From: a virus
Lineage: Duplodnaviria > Heunggongvirae > Uroviricota > Caudoviricetes
DNA length: 50,364 bases
Direction: 5' to 3' (one strand)
Virus record (IMG/VR): IMGVR_UViG_2563366831_000011
Span: 1 to 50,364 of that record
Position numbers and translations under genes: made by a program. Shown in pieces: positions 6,914 to 15,299 of this stretch (positions within the stretch are counted from its first letter, which is position 1; each line of letters opens with the position of its first letter). The notes beneath the pieces are model-generated. The model did no database searches. It saw nothing but the letters and a program-made list of their open reading frames with translations, and was not told where the DNA came from.

Positions 6914-8209
6914 TTACCACTCGATATGCACAATGCCATCGGCGCCATCGCCGGACGGGTAAGCTATTCCGCTGAAATCAATATCGTAAGCACCACCACC
7001 GCCAGAGCCTGCTGCTTTCCCTTTCACACCGCCGGTTGCGCCGCTGCGTCCTCCGCCACCCCAGAACGAAGCCCCGCCAGAACCGGTAAGCATGTTGGTC
7101 GCAGCCTGGCCGTCATGACCAGTGCCACCCTGAATGTTGATATCGCCACCTGACGCAACACCGCCATCACCACCGGCGCTGTTCACGATGCTGGCCTTGT
7201 TGGATTTTTTTCCACCGCGGCCGAAGATGATCCCACCCAAAGAAGAGTCACCGCCGTCATTGCCCGATACGGCACCTAAAACCGCTGCACCGCCTTTGCC
7301 GACGACAACGGATAAGGTCGTTCCCGGGACAACGTCCAGCCAGCCTAAAGCTGTACCGCCAGCCCCGCCACCGCCACCGCTATAGGACTCACTTGAGGAG
7401 GACGCCTGACAACCGCTTCCGGATCCGCCTGCACCCGTCACGGTGTAACGAATGCGCGTCACCCCTGCAGGCACGACGAACGAATACGTCCCGTTGACTG
7501 CGTAAGCGATGTTTCCGTGAGGCTTCGAAAGGGAGGTTACGTTGGTTCCATCGGAGTGGATTTGCGTAACCGTTCCTGGCTTGCTGACAACTGTTGCGCC
7601 CGCCGCCCTGGTACTTAACTGAACGTAGTAAGCGCTGCCGGTGCAGTTATTTTCGATGGTCCAGTCTTTCACCCATGGAGGGAGATATAGGATCCGGTTA
7701 CCAGTTAGCGCGCCGGTGAGAATTAGCCGTGGGTTAGCAGCCTGCAGATCGGTGGCGTTAACGTTAGCCGTCGATATTGAAATGCTGGCCGCTCCGCATC
7801 CCCATGAAGGCATCCAGCCAGATGCCGTTGCATCGGTTTTTTCCGGTGCGGTGTTATTGGAGTCAATGGTGTTGAGCCACGACACCGAGTAATCGCTGGA
7901 AGGGATCACCGCACCTTTAGGGTAGCCTGAAATTGCTGTTCTGAAATCTGCGTTAAAGGGGTACCCCATCCCGGCATCCGACCATTGCAGGCGAGTGTAA
8001 AGATCATTAAAAATGCCGTTAAAGTCCTGACCCTTTGGCGGCTTACCGCCGGCAGAAAGTGCGATACGGGTCAGCGGCGGGAAACCGGAATCCATAGCCG
8101 CCAGGCCGTCGGCCAGCGTTTCAGAGGTGGAATTGACCGGGATCGTGTTTTTGTCGCCGCTCGCAGAAAATACAACCGTCAGACGTGACGGTATGGCTGA
8201 ATTATTCAA
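6914..8209 (-). CDS. Tail fibre protein 1 with glycine-rich C-terminal module
   Basis: 431 aa. The N-terminus (GFPPLTRIALSAGGKPPKGQDFNGIFNDL...GYPKGA) resembles the baseplate-attachment region of myovirus fibres. The C-terminal roughly 195 aa is Gly-rich and paralogous to 2410-3441. Confidence 0.75.
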   Translation of the reverse strand: MNNSAIPSRLTVVFSASGDKNTIPVNSTSETLADGLAAMDSGFPPLTRIALSAGGKPPKGQDFNGIFNDLYTRLQWSDAGMGYPFNADFRTAISGYPKGAVIPSSDYSVSWLNTIDSNNTAPEKTDATASGWMPSWGCGAASISISTANVNATDLQAANPRLILTGALTGNRILYLPPWVKDWTIENNCTGSAYYVQLSTRAAGATVVSKPGTVTQIHSDGTNVTSLSKPHGNIAYAVNGTYSFVVPAGVTRIRYTVTGAGGSGSGCQASSSSESYSGGGGGAGGTALGWLDVVPGTTLSVVVGKGGAAVLGAVSGNDGGDSSLGGIIFGRGGKKSNKASIVNSAGGDGGVASGGDINIQGGTGHDGQAATNMLTGSGGASFWGGGGRSGATGGVKGKAAGSGGGGAYDIDFSGIAYPSGDGADGIVHIEW

Positions 8210-8210
8210 T

Positions 8211-8798
8211 TCAGACCTCCTGAACGATGTTAACTTTTACCCCGGGAGGGGAAGGAAGCGCGCCGGAGCTTTGCACTATGGCCAGCTCAGATTCGGAAAG
8301 CTGGAACTCGAATACGTAGCTCATGACATGGTTTCCATCGTCACGCACGTAAGCTCGCCCACTGGCTCCGAACATGTACATCAGCATGCGATTCATGACC
8401 GGCACGGTGCAGTCGCTGATTTTCGCCATCGCTTTGCACATGATCAGCTTGCGGTATGCCTCATTGGTCAGGACGACAGTATTCGTGTCCTGTACGCCGG
8501 TATAGAAAGGTGCCTGGTTAAAGGGTTGCGGGTCGGTGAGTTCTGCCGGGGTACTGGTCGCTTCGCCAAACCCCAGAAACTGCTGGGATGGCGTCACAGT
8601 CAGCAAGCGCTCTACATCAACGATTTTACCCCAGCACATCAGCCCGTAATCACCACAGGTCTCGATGTTGAATACGAGGTCATAGAACGTGTCTATCCAG
8701 TCCTCTGGCGCTACAGAAGCGTTAAATGTGTCAATCAGTGACCGCAGGCTGGTTGAGTTCACGTACTGCGCGTAGATCGTCCAGTCGACATTATTCAC
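8211..8798 (-). CDS. Baseplate/tail protein (DUF2612-like by recollection)
   Basis: 195-aa ORF immediately downstream of the baseplate-J-like gene, with an overlapping start. The call rests on position and size. Confidence 0.5.
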   Translation of the reverse strand: MNNVDWTIYAQYVNSTSLRSLIDTFNASVAPEDWIDTFYDLVFNIETCGDYGLMCWGKIVDVERLLTVTPSQQFLGFGEATSTPAELTDPQPFNQAPFYTGVQDTNTVVLTNEAYRKLIMCKAMAKISDCTVPVMNRMLMYMFGASGRAYVRDDGNHVMSYVFEFQLSESELAIVQSSGALPSPPGVKVNIVQEV

Positions 8799-10023
8799 TT
8801 ACCGCCTCCGTTATGATGTTTGTCGCATCGAGGGTCGGTTCCTGATCTATCCCCATAGTCAGCGCACTAGACCAGGTGGTTCCGTCCAGAGAGATCTGGA
8901 CAGAAAGAACGTTCATGTTCTGTGCATCGAGCGCCTGAATGGGTCCGATATAGCGGCTGCCATAAATTCGCGCGCCGGCACGCGCCCGGGTACCTCCATC
9001 TGCGCCGGTAAAGGCATTCAGGACGACCGTTCTGATCTGCGCGTTGATATCTGACGGAAGGCCATCATTTTCCTCATATTCCACCTTGATATGAACACTC
9101 ACCGCGTCCAGCGTTTTCCACCTGTAGGTGTACTCCGGATAAGGGGCGTCATAATTTTCGGTATCCTGCACGGTCCCGGTGGTGTCACCGTTCATAACGG
9201 TGCCCGGGGGGAGTTTTTTATTGATGGCCGCTGCAATCTCAGCTACTGCCCCGCCATAAACCCCGATATAAATCGAGCTGGCCAGCAGTGTGTAATTCGT
9301 GGAACCTTTTTCGACGGAAGTCGGCTCTTTGTTGTCGATCACATAAACATCAAGCACCCCGTCGACTTCCAGGACAGCAGCCCGCACAGCCGCCGCCGTG
9401 TTGAAGGCGTTACGTGCCACTGACTGGCGACGGCGATACTCAAATGCAGATCGCCCTTCAACATTCGAGCCCGGTACACCCGCGGTCTCGTTGGTGATAC
9501 TCGACCAGCCACTTACCGCGACATAGATGTTTGTCAGCGTACCGATGGGGCAAGCTATCGGACCGGTAGTCAGGTTCTGGAACTCAATTTTTACCGTCCC
9601 GTCTGCGCCAATCGTTCCGGCCGCCAGGGACACGTACATATAACCGTTATCGTCTGTTGCATAGGACTGTGCCGGAATAACCGTTCCCGGTACGCCGGAG
9701 CATGTGGCCGTTACAACCGTACCCGCAGCAGCAATACGATCGAGGAAGTAAATCCTGCCAATGCCATCCTGAAATCTTCCGGAGGAAAAGTCCGGGTTCA
9801 TGTTGTTGACGATAGCCAGAAGCTGATCGTTCTTGTCTGCGATGATTGCAGTATCAGTGACAGCCAGTTGCCCCTGTGGCGTCTTGAGGTTCGTGCTCAT
9901 CGCCGTCCCGAATGCAGAACCAATATCTGCTATACGCCCGGCAAGAATGTCTCCCTCATCCGGAACATCAAGGCCAGTGGTGGAAAAGGTCACGGCCGGT
10001 ACCGCCGTAGAGATTGTCGTCAT
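8791..10023 (-). CDS. Baseplate J-like wedge protein
   Basis: 410 aa counted from the ATG at 10023 (SD GAGGAAAAA). Size and position (after a small W/gp25-sized protein, before the fibres) fit a baseplate J family member. Confidence 0.55.
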   Translation of the reverse strand: MTTISTAVPAVTFSTTGLDVPDEGDILAGRIADIGSAFGTAMSTNLKTPQGQLAVTDTAIIADKNDQLLAIVNNMNPDFSSGRFQDGIGRIYFLDRIAAAGTVVTATCSGVPGTVIPAQSYATDDNGYMYVSLAAGTIGADGTVKIEFQNLTTGPIACPIGTLTNIYVAVSGWSSITNETAGVPGSNVEGRSAFEYRRRQSVARNAFNTAAAVRAAVLEVDGVLDVYVIDNKEPTSVEKGSTNYTLLASSIYIGVYGGAVAEIAAAINKKLPPGTVMNGDTTGTVQDTENYDAPYPEYTYRWKTLDAVSVHIKVEYEENDGLPSDINAQIRTVVLNAFTGADGGTRARAGARIYGSRYIGPIQALDAQNMNVLSVQISLDGTTWSSALTMGIDQEPTLDATNIITEAVSE

Positions 10024-10030
10024 TTTTTCC

Positions 10031-10387
10031 TCACAGGGTGACGCTGGAATCCAGGCCGTTGGTATCCACGATCGCAATAACGCCGGTAGTGCGGCGCGTA
10101 TCGCGGTTGTTAATCAGCGTCGGCTCAGCTCGCGCGATATAGCTCATCCGCAACGCTTCAACCTGAAGCGCGGCCGCCATGGCGCCAGTGCTGGCCTTAA
10201 CGTTAAGCAGCTCTTTGTAATTAACGCCGGTGTCTTTTTCGTAAATGCACTCGCCGCGTATAGCCAGGCATGCCGTCGCTACGTCCTGAGCGCAGGCGTA
10301 GGGGTTTTCAACCGTGGCGATATTACCCAGCTCATCAAGGACAAGATCCCAGGTGTCGGGATCGAGTTTGAGAGAGATTGTTTTCAT
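10031..10387 (-). CDS. Small baseplate protein (GPW/gp25-sized)
   Basis: 118-aa ORF directly upstream of the J-like gene. Confidence 0.5.
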   Translation of the reverse strand: MKTISLKLDPDTWDLVLDELGNIATVENPYACAQDVATACLAIRGECIYEKDTGVNYKELLNVKASTGAMAAALQVEALRMSYIARAEPTLINNRDTRRTTGVIAIVDTNGLDSSVTL

Positions 10388-10400
10388 GGATTTCGCCCAT

Positions 10401-10423
10401 AAAAAAACCCAGCCGAAGCTGGG
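10401..10423 (-). terminator. Rho-independent terminator after ant
   Basis: Minus strand reads CCCAGC-TTCG-GCTGGG followed by T7. Confidence 0.75.
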
Positions 10424-10442
10424 TTTGTTAAGTTGTCAATTG

Positions 10443-11447
10443 TCAGTAGCGATGCAGTGAAGGCGGCAACTCTTTGTTCTTAAGTCTTACCCATGCGGAA
10501 AGATTCGTTGGTCCGTCTGGCTCATTGATATCAACATCTCGTGTGTGGTTGATTAAAACGTCTCTCGCCATTCCGATAACATACGAAAACTCATGACCGT
10601 AGTCGTAGCATCTTCCGGAATAGTTCGATTGAATTTGTTTTAATGCCGGATACAGTTCGCGGAATAATGCCTGTGATCGGTTAGCATAATCCCACAACCA
10701 TACAAGGCTGTTTGCTTCTTTTGCAGAAAGCTCGTTGGTGCTCTTCTCTTGTTTGCCAATGAACTCACCTTCAAGTGGAACTCGAGCTGCAAGTGACAGT
10801 GCTTCGGTAAACTGCTCCTCACTGATTTCTTTGTACGAACAGCCAAAATGAGATTTCAGTGACGACCACATAGTGATCATCGCCTTCGCCTGTTTTTCTT
10901 TTGGCAGAGACTGACCGCGACTCATGACGAGTTGTTTAATAGCTTCCTGCTGTTCAGTGGTGATTTTACCCGGCAACACCTTTTTAGCTTTGCGCGGGTT
11001 AACCACATGGCCTTTAGTCCAGTACTCGTAGAGCACATCGTCACACTCTTCCTGATACTGGATTACCTTGTCGCGGATTTCAGGGCGGACTTTGTTTGGT
11101 TGAATGCTTGAAAGCCAAGCCGCAAATTTACGAAAGGCAAGACATGTCATTAACTGTTTACCGCCAGCAGAAGGTATTTCGATTTCCGAAATACCTTTGG
11201 CAAACCTCTGTTTTAACTTAACAAATTGAGCAGCCCAAACCATCCCCATACCTTCAACAACAGGCTTCATAGGAACATAAGGCTCATTGTTAATTCCAAC
11301 CAAAAAGAGATTTGTTCCGTGGAATGGAACATTGATTGTGCGATCTGCAATTGCTAAACTAGTCATATCAGTTTTCTCGTGGTTAACTGGTAATTTAGAA
11401 GCCTCAATGGTTGCAGCCATTGAGGCTTCGCTGTTTTTAGCGACCAT
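10443..11447 (-). CDS. ant: Antirepressor Ant (P22 Ant-type N- and C-domains)
   Basis: 334 aa from [13 protein letters not shown]. The segment [29 protein letters not shown]...LKQRFAKG resembles the P22 antirepressor N-domain. The start overlaps the arc stop (ATGGTCGCTAA). Confidence 0.75.
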   Translation of the reverse strand: MVAKNSEASMAATIEASKLPVNHEKTDMTSLAIADRTINVPFHGTNLFLVGINNEPYVPMKPVVEGMGMVWAAQFVKLKQRFAKGISEIEIPSAGGKQLMTCLAFRKFAAWLSSIQPNKVRPEIRDKVIQYQEECDDVLYEYWTKGHVVNPRKAKKVLPGKITTEQQEAIKQLVMSRGQSLPKEKQAKAMITMWSSLKSHFGCSYKEISEEQFTEALSLAARVPLEGEFIGKQEKSTNELSAKEANSLVWLWDYANRSQALFRELYPALKQIQSNYSGRCYDYGHEFSYVIGMARDVLINHTRDVDINEPDGPTNLSAWVRLKNKELPPSLHRY

Positions 11448-11610
11448 TCGCCACCTCTTCCCTAACACCTTTTGCCAGCAAACGAACAATTGCAGAGTTC
11501 AGAGATATACAGTCCATTTCCGCCAGGCGGCGAAGGTCTTCATTCAGCCGTGATGGAAGGCGAAGGTTGAGTTTGATATTTTTGCGCTCAGTGAAAAGTG
11601 TATCTTGCAT
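11437..11610 (-). CDS. arc: Arc-like ribbon-helix-helix repressor (57 aa; below the ORF-track cutoff)
   Basis: My own translation: [57 protein letters not shown]. It has the RHH pattern (beta-strand KLNLRLP plus two helices), an AGGAG SD, and sits immediately upstream of ant as in P22 immI. Confidence 0.7.
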   Translation of the reverse strand: MQDTLFTERKNIKLNLRLPSRLNEDLRRLAEMDCISLNSAIVRLLAKGVREEVANGR

Positions 11611-11717
11611 TATCTAATCTCCTTTATTTGGTGCCAAAGTGACACCATGAAGGCCATGATGCCACCATTGAAATCGTATGGCAATATGGCACCATGATTT
11701 TTTTTGAGAGATTTGCA
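11611..11717. promoter_or_regulatory. Divergent promoter/operator region of the immI-like module
   Basis: Near-palindrome TGGTGCCAAAGTGACACCA (11629-11647). Repeated TG(G/A/C)CACCA motifs at 11640-11647, 11660-11667 and 11687-11694. The region lies between the divergent arc and mnt-like genes. Confidence 0.5.
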
Positions 11718-12038
11718 ATGGCCGAAAAACAAGTAAAAGACTACGACAAGTTCAACCTCCGTTTTCCTGACGGAATGCGAGATGCTATAGCTGAACGAGC
11801 CAAACGAAACGGGCGCTCTATGAACTCAGAGATTGTTCAGATACTGGAAGATGCCTTGAATGCAGAAAATACACTCGGGGAAATAGCAGATAAAATTAAC
11901 AGCGTCTCGGTTCCGCTAAATGTTGATGCGCTAGTTCAACTTCAAGCCCAGGTTATCGCCATGCAAAAAGAAATACAGGAAAAGTTCAGAGAGCAGAACG
12001 AAAAGTTGAGAGAACTGCTAAACAAAAAACCCACCTGA
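11718..12038 (+). CDS. Mnt-like repressor with Arc-type RHH N-terminal domain
   Basis: 106 aa from MAEKQVKDYDKFNLRFPDGMRDAIAERAKRNGRSMNSEIVQILEDAL, an Arc-domain pattern, with a coiled-coil C-terminus. It is divergent from arc-ant as mnt is in P22. Confidence 0.65.
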   Translation: MAEKQVKDYDKFNLRFPDGMRDAIAERAKRNGRSMNSEIVQILEDALNAENTLGEIADKINSVSVPLNVDALVQLQAQVIAMQKEIQEKFREQNEKLRELLNKKPT

Positions 12039-12049
12039 CGGTGGGTTTT
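12024..12049. terminator. Bidirectional rho-independent terminator shared by the convergent mnt-like and lipoprotein genes
   Basis: A6-CCCACC-TGAC-GGTGGG-T4. There are U-tracts on both strands. Confidence 0.75.
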
Positions 12050-12051
12050 GG

Positions 12052-12705
12052 CTAGTACATCGACTTGATCTGCGTGGTACCGTCCGGAACGCCGTACTTG
12101 CTCATTTTCCAACAGGCCTCAGCAACCTGGATTATTTGGTATCTCATTTCAGGGCCAATTCCTTCTGTTAAGCTAATGTGCTGTTTCATAAACTCAAGGG
12201 TCACGCCTTCCCTTTGGGCTGCCCCCGCCACCCGGCACATATGCCTTACCCCGGCGTCAGAATCAGCCTGCTGGTATGGGTATCGGGCCATTAGAGAATA
12301 GTAGACATTATTTAAAGTGTAAGACGCAGCATCAATCTCACGCTTGGCCATACACTCCTTACTAGCCTGACACTCAGCTTCTTTCTGTGCTGCAAATGCT
12401 TCGTTTTCTTTTCTTTCTTTTTCTCTTTTTTTATCCATCATGGAATCGAAGACATTGGCATATTTATTGTAGTAGCAGACGTTATCTTTAAGGCATTCGC
12501 TTGTGTTTTGCTCAGGAAGGTTTAATCCAGTAACGTTTTTATATATCTCTCTTAGATCGTCTACAGACTGAGTACCACCTGAATTTGTTTTGAATTTTTG
12601 CTTATCAAAGCCATGCTCTTTTTGGTATTGGATAGCCTCAGTAGGAGATAAAGCACAGCTTGATAATAAAAATACCAAGGGGATAAAATATATTTTACTT
12701 ACCAT
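12052..12705 (-). CDS. Lipoprotein of unknown function (moron; at the sieA-equivalent position next to immI)
   Basis: 217 aa. The signal peptide and lipobox are MVSKIYFIPLVFLLSSC. The gene is visibly AT-richer than its neighbours and ends at the bidirectional terminator. Confidence 0.75.
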   Translation of the reverse strand: MVSKIYFIPLVFLLSSCALSPTEAIQYQKEHGFDKQKFKTNSGGTQSVDDLREIYKNVTGLNLPEQNTSECLKDNVCYYNKYANVFDSMMDKKREKERKENEAFAAQKEAECQASKECMAKREIDAASYTLNNVYYSLMARYPYQQADSDAGVRHMCRVAGAAQREGVTLEFMKQHISLTEGIGPEMRYQIIQVAEACWKMSKYGVPDGTTQIKSMY

Positions 12706-12706
12706 T

Positions 12707-13294
12707 TCACGGCTCCAGGGGTTCAGTTCGGCTTCCTCCTGATACTACCCCACCATGAGTATGCCCATCAACGATAGAACCGTCGACAAGCTCAAGCTGC
12801 CCGTTTGGATGGACTTTCAGGCCGTTGATGTTAACCACTCCAGGGCTCTGTATGTTTATTCCGCTTCCTGTAAACTCAGCGAACTCCGTGGGTTCATCGT
12901 TCAAACTAGCGATAGCAGTGATGTAAACAGCATCCGAGTATGAATGGCGCCGCTGAGTTGGCGGTGGTCCACTTTGCCTTGACGCTCTGACATTGGTTGT
13001 GTCTTTGTCACAGGCGATTACCAGTCCAATATCGCCAATGCGGGGAGTCATTTTTACAGCGCTGTTCCCAGCCTGATACCGAATGAAGGGGATGTCATAT
13101 ACCTCCTGACATTTAATCTCCCCCCCGGAAACGTTCGCGCCGCTCACAAGAGGTAGCACAGTCATAACGCCATCACCAACATCTTTAACCAGAACAATAT
13201 CTGCAAAAACATTGCCCTTTGATGCCGTGGCTATAAGGGACAAGATCGCGTTACCCTGACAGGAGATATCAGAAGCTTTTTGGTTAGTTGCCAT
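12707..13294 (-). CDS. Baseplate central spike / assembly protein V-like (Mu gp45 / P2 gpV type)
   Basis: 195 aa from MATNQKASD. It has an OB-fold-like N-half, and the C-terminus GSIVDGHTHGG is reminiscent of spike tips. The start was chosen at 13294, overlapping the upstream stop. Confidence 0.55.
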   Translation of the reverse strand: MATNQKASDISCQGNAILSLIATASKGNVFADIVLVKDVGDGVMTVLPLVSGANVSGGEIKCQEVYDIPFIRYQAGNSAVKMTPRIGDIGLVIACDKDTTNVRASRQSGPPPTQRRHSYSDAVYITAIASLNDEPTEFAEFTGSGINIQSPGVVNINGLKVHPNGQLELVDGSIVDGHTHGGVVSGGSRTEPLEP

Positions 13295-14153
13295 TGCTTT
13301 CCCCTCCGATGACAGATGCCGGAGATGCCACAACAAACGTCTCCCAAAGCCCACCAGGCACTTTACAGGACAGATAGTGGGTAGTCCCCGCCTGCACCAC
13401 CCACTCGCCGCTAGCGTGTGGCAAGTCTGTTTTCAGGATGATCTTCGTATTCAATTTTAGCGCCGGTGAATAAATGCACCTAAAGTTAATCCCCATCTCA
13501 TAAAATATTGGATACCCAATAAGTCCATGCTCTGGCGAAATTAACGGAACAACTGAATCCGACGGTGTTTTGCCTGTATAAATTGTGACAGTGCCAAAAT
13601 CTATATCAACAGATATGTCATGCGCTGCCGCAATTTTTAATATTTGGATTATTGCGTTGTCATCGAAATACGGATTCCGATGCGTCGCTTTGACGTCGAC
13701 ATTGATGAATTTCAGGCCAACTTTAAAGGCAAGAGCACGAATCATATCAGCAACATCAGCATCGCCGCGAATGGACGTAGGCTCGCAGGGGATCAGGCGC
13801 TCCCTGCCGGCGGCCGCCGCGGTTATCTCAATCGGTGCGTCCGGCATCTGGTTCAGGTTAATCCTGGCAGATGTTATTGACCCGGAAAAAACACGGGTGT
13901 CGCCGGCGTAAACGACAATTGAGTTCTGTGCATACGCGATTATCTTTTGCGCGTTGGTCGTCAACTTTGACATGTTTTCCAGGGAAAGTCCCCAGAGGCT
14001 AAGTTCAAGAATCGTTCCGGTAGCGCCGCCAAATGCTGATATAGCCGCCTCACACTTGAAACCTTTAACCGTCAAGGTGTCGCCAATGTCGCCGTCAAAC
14101 GTACCGTTGGCCAGCGTGAACGATACGGTAAGCTCTCTCTCCTTGTAACTCAT
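13284..14153 (-). CDS. Tail/baseplate hub-like structural protein
   Basis: 289-aa ORF in the post-tape-measure block. The call rests on position only. Confidence 0.45.
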   Translation of the reverse strand: MSYKERELTVSFTLANGTFDGDIGDTLTVKGFKCEAAISAFGGATGTILELSLWGLSLENMSKLTTNAQKIIAYAQNSIVVYAGDTRVFSGSITSARINLNQMPDAPIEITAAAAGRERLIPCEPTSIRGDADVADMIRALAFKVGLKFINVDVKATHRNPYFDDNAIIQILKIAAAHDISVDIDFGTVTIYTGKTPSDSVVPLISPEHGLIGYPIFYEMGINFRCIYSPALKLNTKIILKTDLPHASGEWVVQAGTTHYLSCKVPGGLWETFVVASPASVIGGESNGN

Positions 14154-14455
14154 CTGCCGACCTCACTGCTCGTCGCATAATACAGCTTGAATCTGGTGCC
14201 GATTTCGTCGTAATAGGGATCGGCTGTACCTTTTGAATCAACGAAAACCAGATCGCCACTGAACCCCAGATATTTATACCGAACCAGGTAAACGCAGTTC
14301 AGGCAGAGAACACCCTGAAATATCGGCTTGTCATCGACATACAGATCGGCGTAAAACCCGGTTGAACGCTGATGTAACTTGATCGCGCAGTTCTGGCCGT
14401 CAAGCGTGACATAGACCTTTTGGGATAGTGACGGTGATAAGCTAATTTCCTGCAT
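14150..14455 (-). CDS. Small tail structural protein
   Basis: 101-aa ORF with coupled start and stop codons inside the tail operon. Confidence 0.45.
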   Translation of the reverse strand: MQEISLSPSLSQKVYVTLDGQNCAIKLHQRSTGFYADLYVDDKPIFQGVLCLNCVYLVRYKYLGFSGDLVFVDSKGTADPYYDEIGTRFKLYYATSSEVGR

Positions 14456-14456
14456 G

Positions 14457-15296
14457 TCACATCACCTTTTCCAGAAAGTCGGAGACGGTGCTTTTTATCT
14501 GCTTAGAAACTGCAGTTGAAGAGCTGTCCCACGACTTAGAGACCGACTCGGCTGCCGAGTTAACGTTAGACACAATCGCCGCCCCAGTCGTCTGGAGAGC
14601 GTCTGATAAGGTTGTATCTGCACTTGACCAGGCATTCTTAACATCGCTCAATGTCACCTCTTTCGTCGCCCCGGTGATCACCTGCGTTGATGCTGCGGCG
14701 CCATTGTTGGTTTTCGCATTGCTGGTCGGCGGCCCTTCAATAACAGCATTTGAAAGCATGACTTCCCCGCCGTCCATGATCTCCTCGAAAGTGCAGTTAG
14801 CCATCAACAACGTCTGCCCGCGATACGAACCCACAAAGTAATCGAAGTGGGTCAGATCGTAGCTGTAATACACCGTGTCCGGCGTCTCGATGTTGTAGGT
14901 GCTGGCCGTGTTTTTCATCTCATCCAGTTTCTGAATGAAATTATTCCTGCTCAGCAGAGAGAAGTTGGTCAGGTTAGGCAGTGACCCGGAAAAAGCCGTC
15001 CACCCCTCAAGGGCAAAAATGATCCTGAGTTCAGACGGCTGTTTCACTTTGTTGTAGGACGTGTACCGGCCCTTTTCTACCGGCCCCTTAGTCACTGCCG
15101 CATCACCGTAGCGATCAACGCTAACCCAGCCGGAAGGAGAGAAAACCTCCTGCCCGGCTGCAGCCGTCAAAAGCGACTCGTCAACGGTGTTATAGGTGAT
15201 CCGGTAAGTTGGCGACAGGGCGCTGTTAAGGACGGATAACAGGCTTCCTCCCTGAATGGCGGATAGCACTGTCGAGACATTCAGAGAAAACGACAT
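14457..15296 (-). CDS. Tail structural protein downstream of the tape measure
   Basis: 279-aa ORF that follows the tape-measure gene. Confidence 0.45.
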   Translation of the reverse strand: MSFSLNVSTVLSAIQGGSLLSVLNSALSPTYRITYNTVDESLLTAAAGQEVFSPSGWVSVDRYGDAAVTKGPVEKGRYTSYNKVKQPSELRIIFALEGWTAFSGSLPNLTNFSLLSRNNFIQKLDEMKNTASTYNIETPDTVYYSYDLTHFDYFVGSYRGQTLLMANCTFEEIMDGGEVMLSNAVIEGPPTSNAKTNNGAAASTQVITGATKEVTLSDVKNAWSSADTTLSDALQTTGAAIVSNVNSAAESVSKSWDSSSTAVSKQIKSTVSDFLEKVM

Positions 15297-15299
15297 GAG

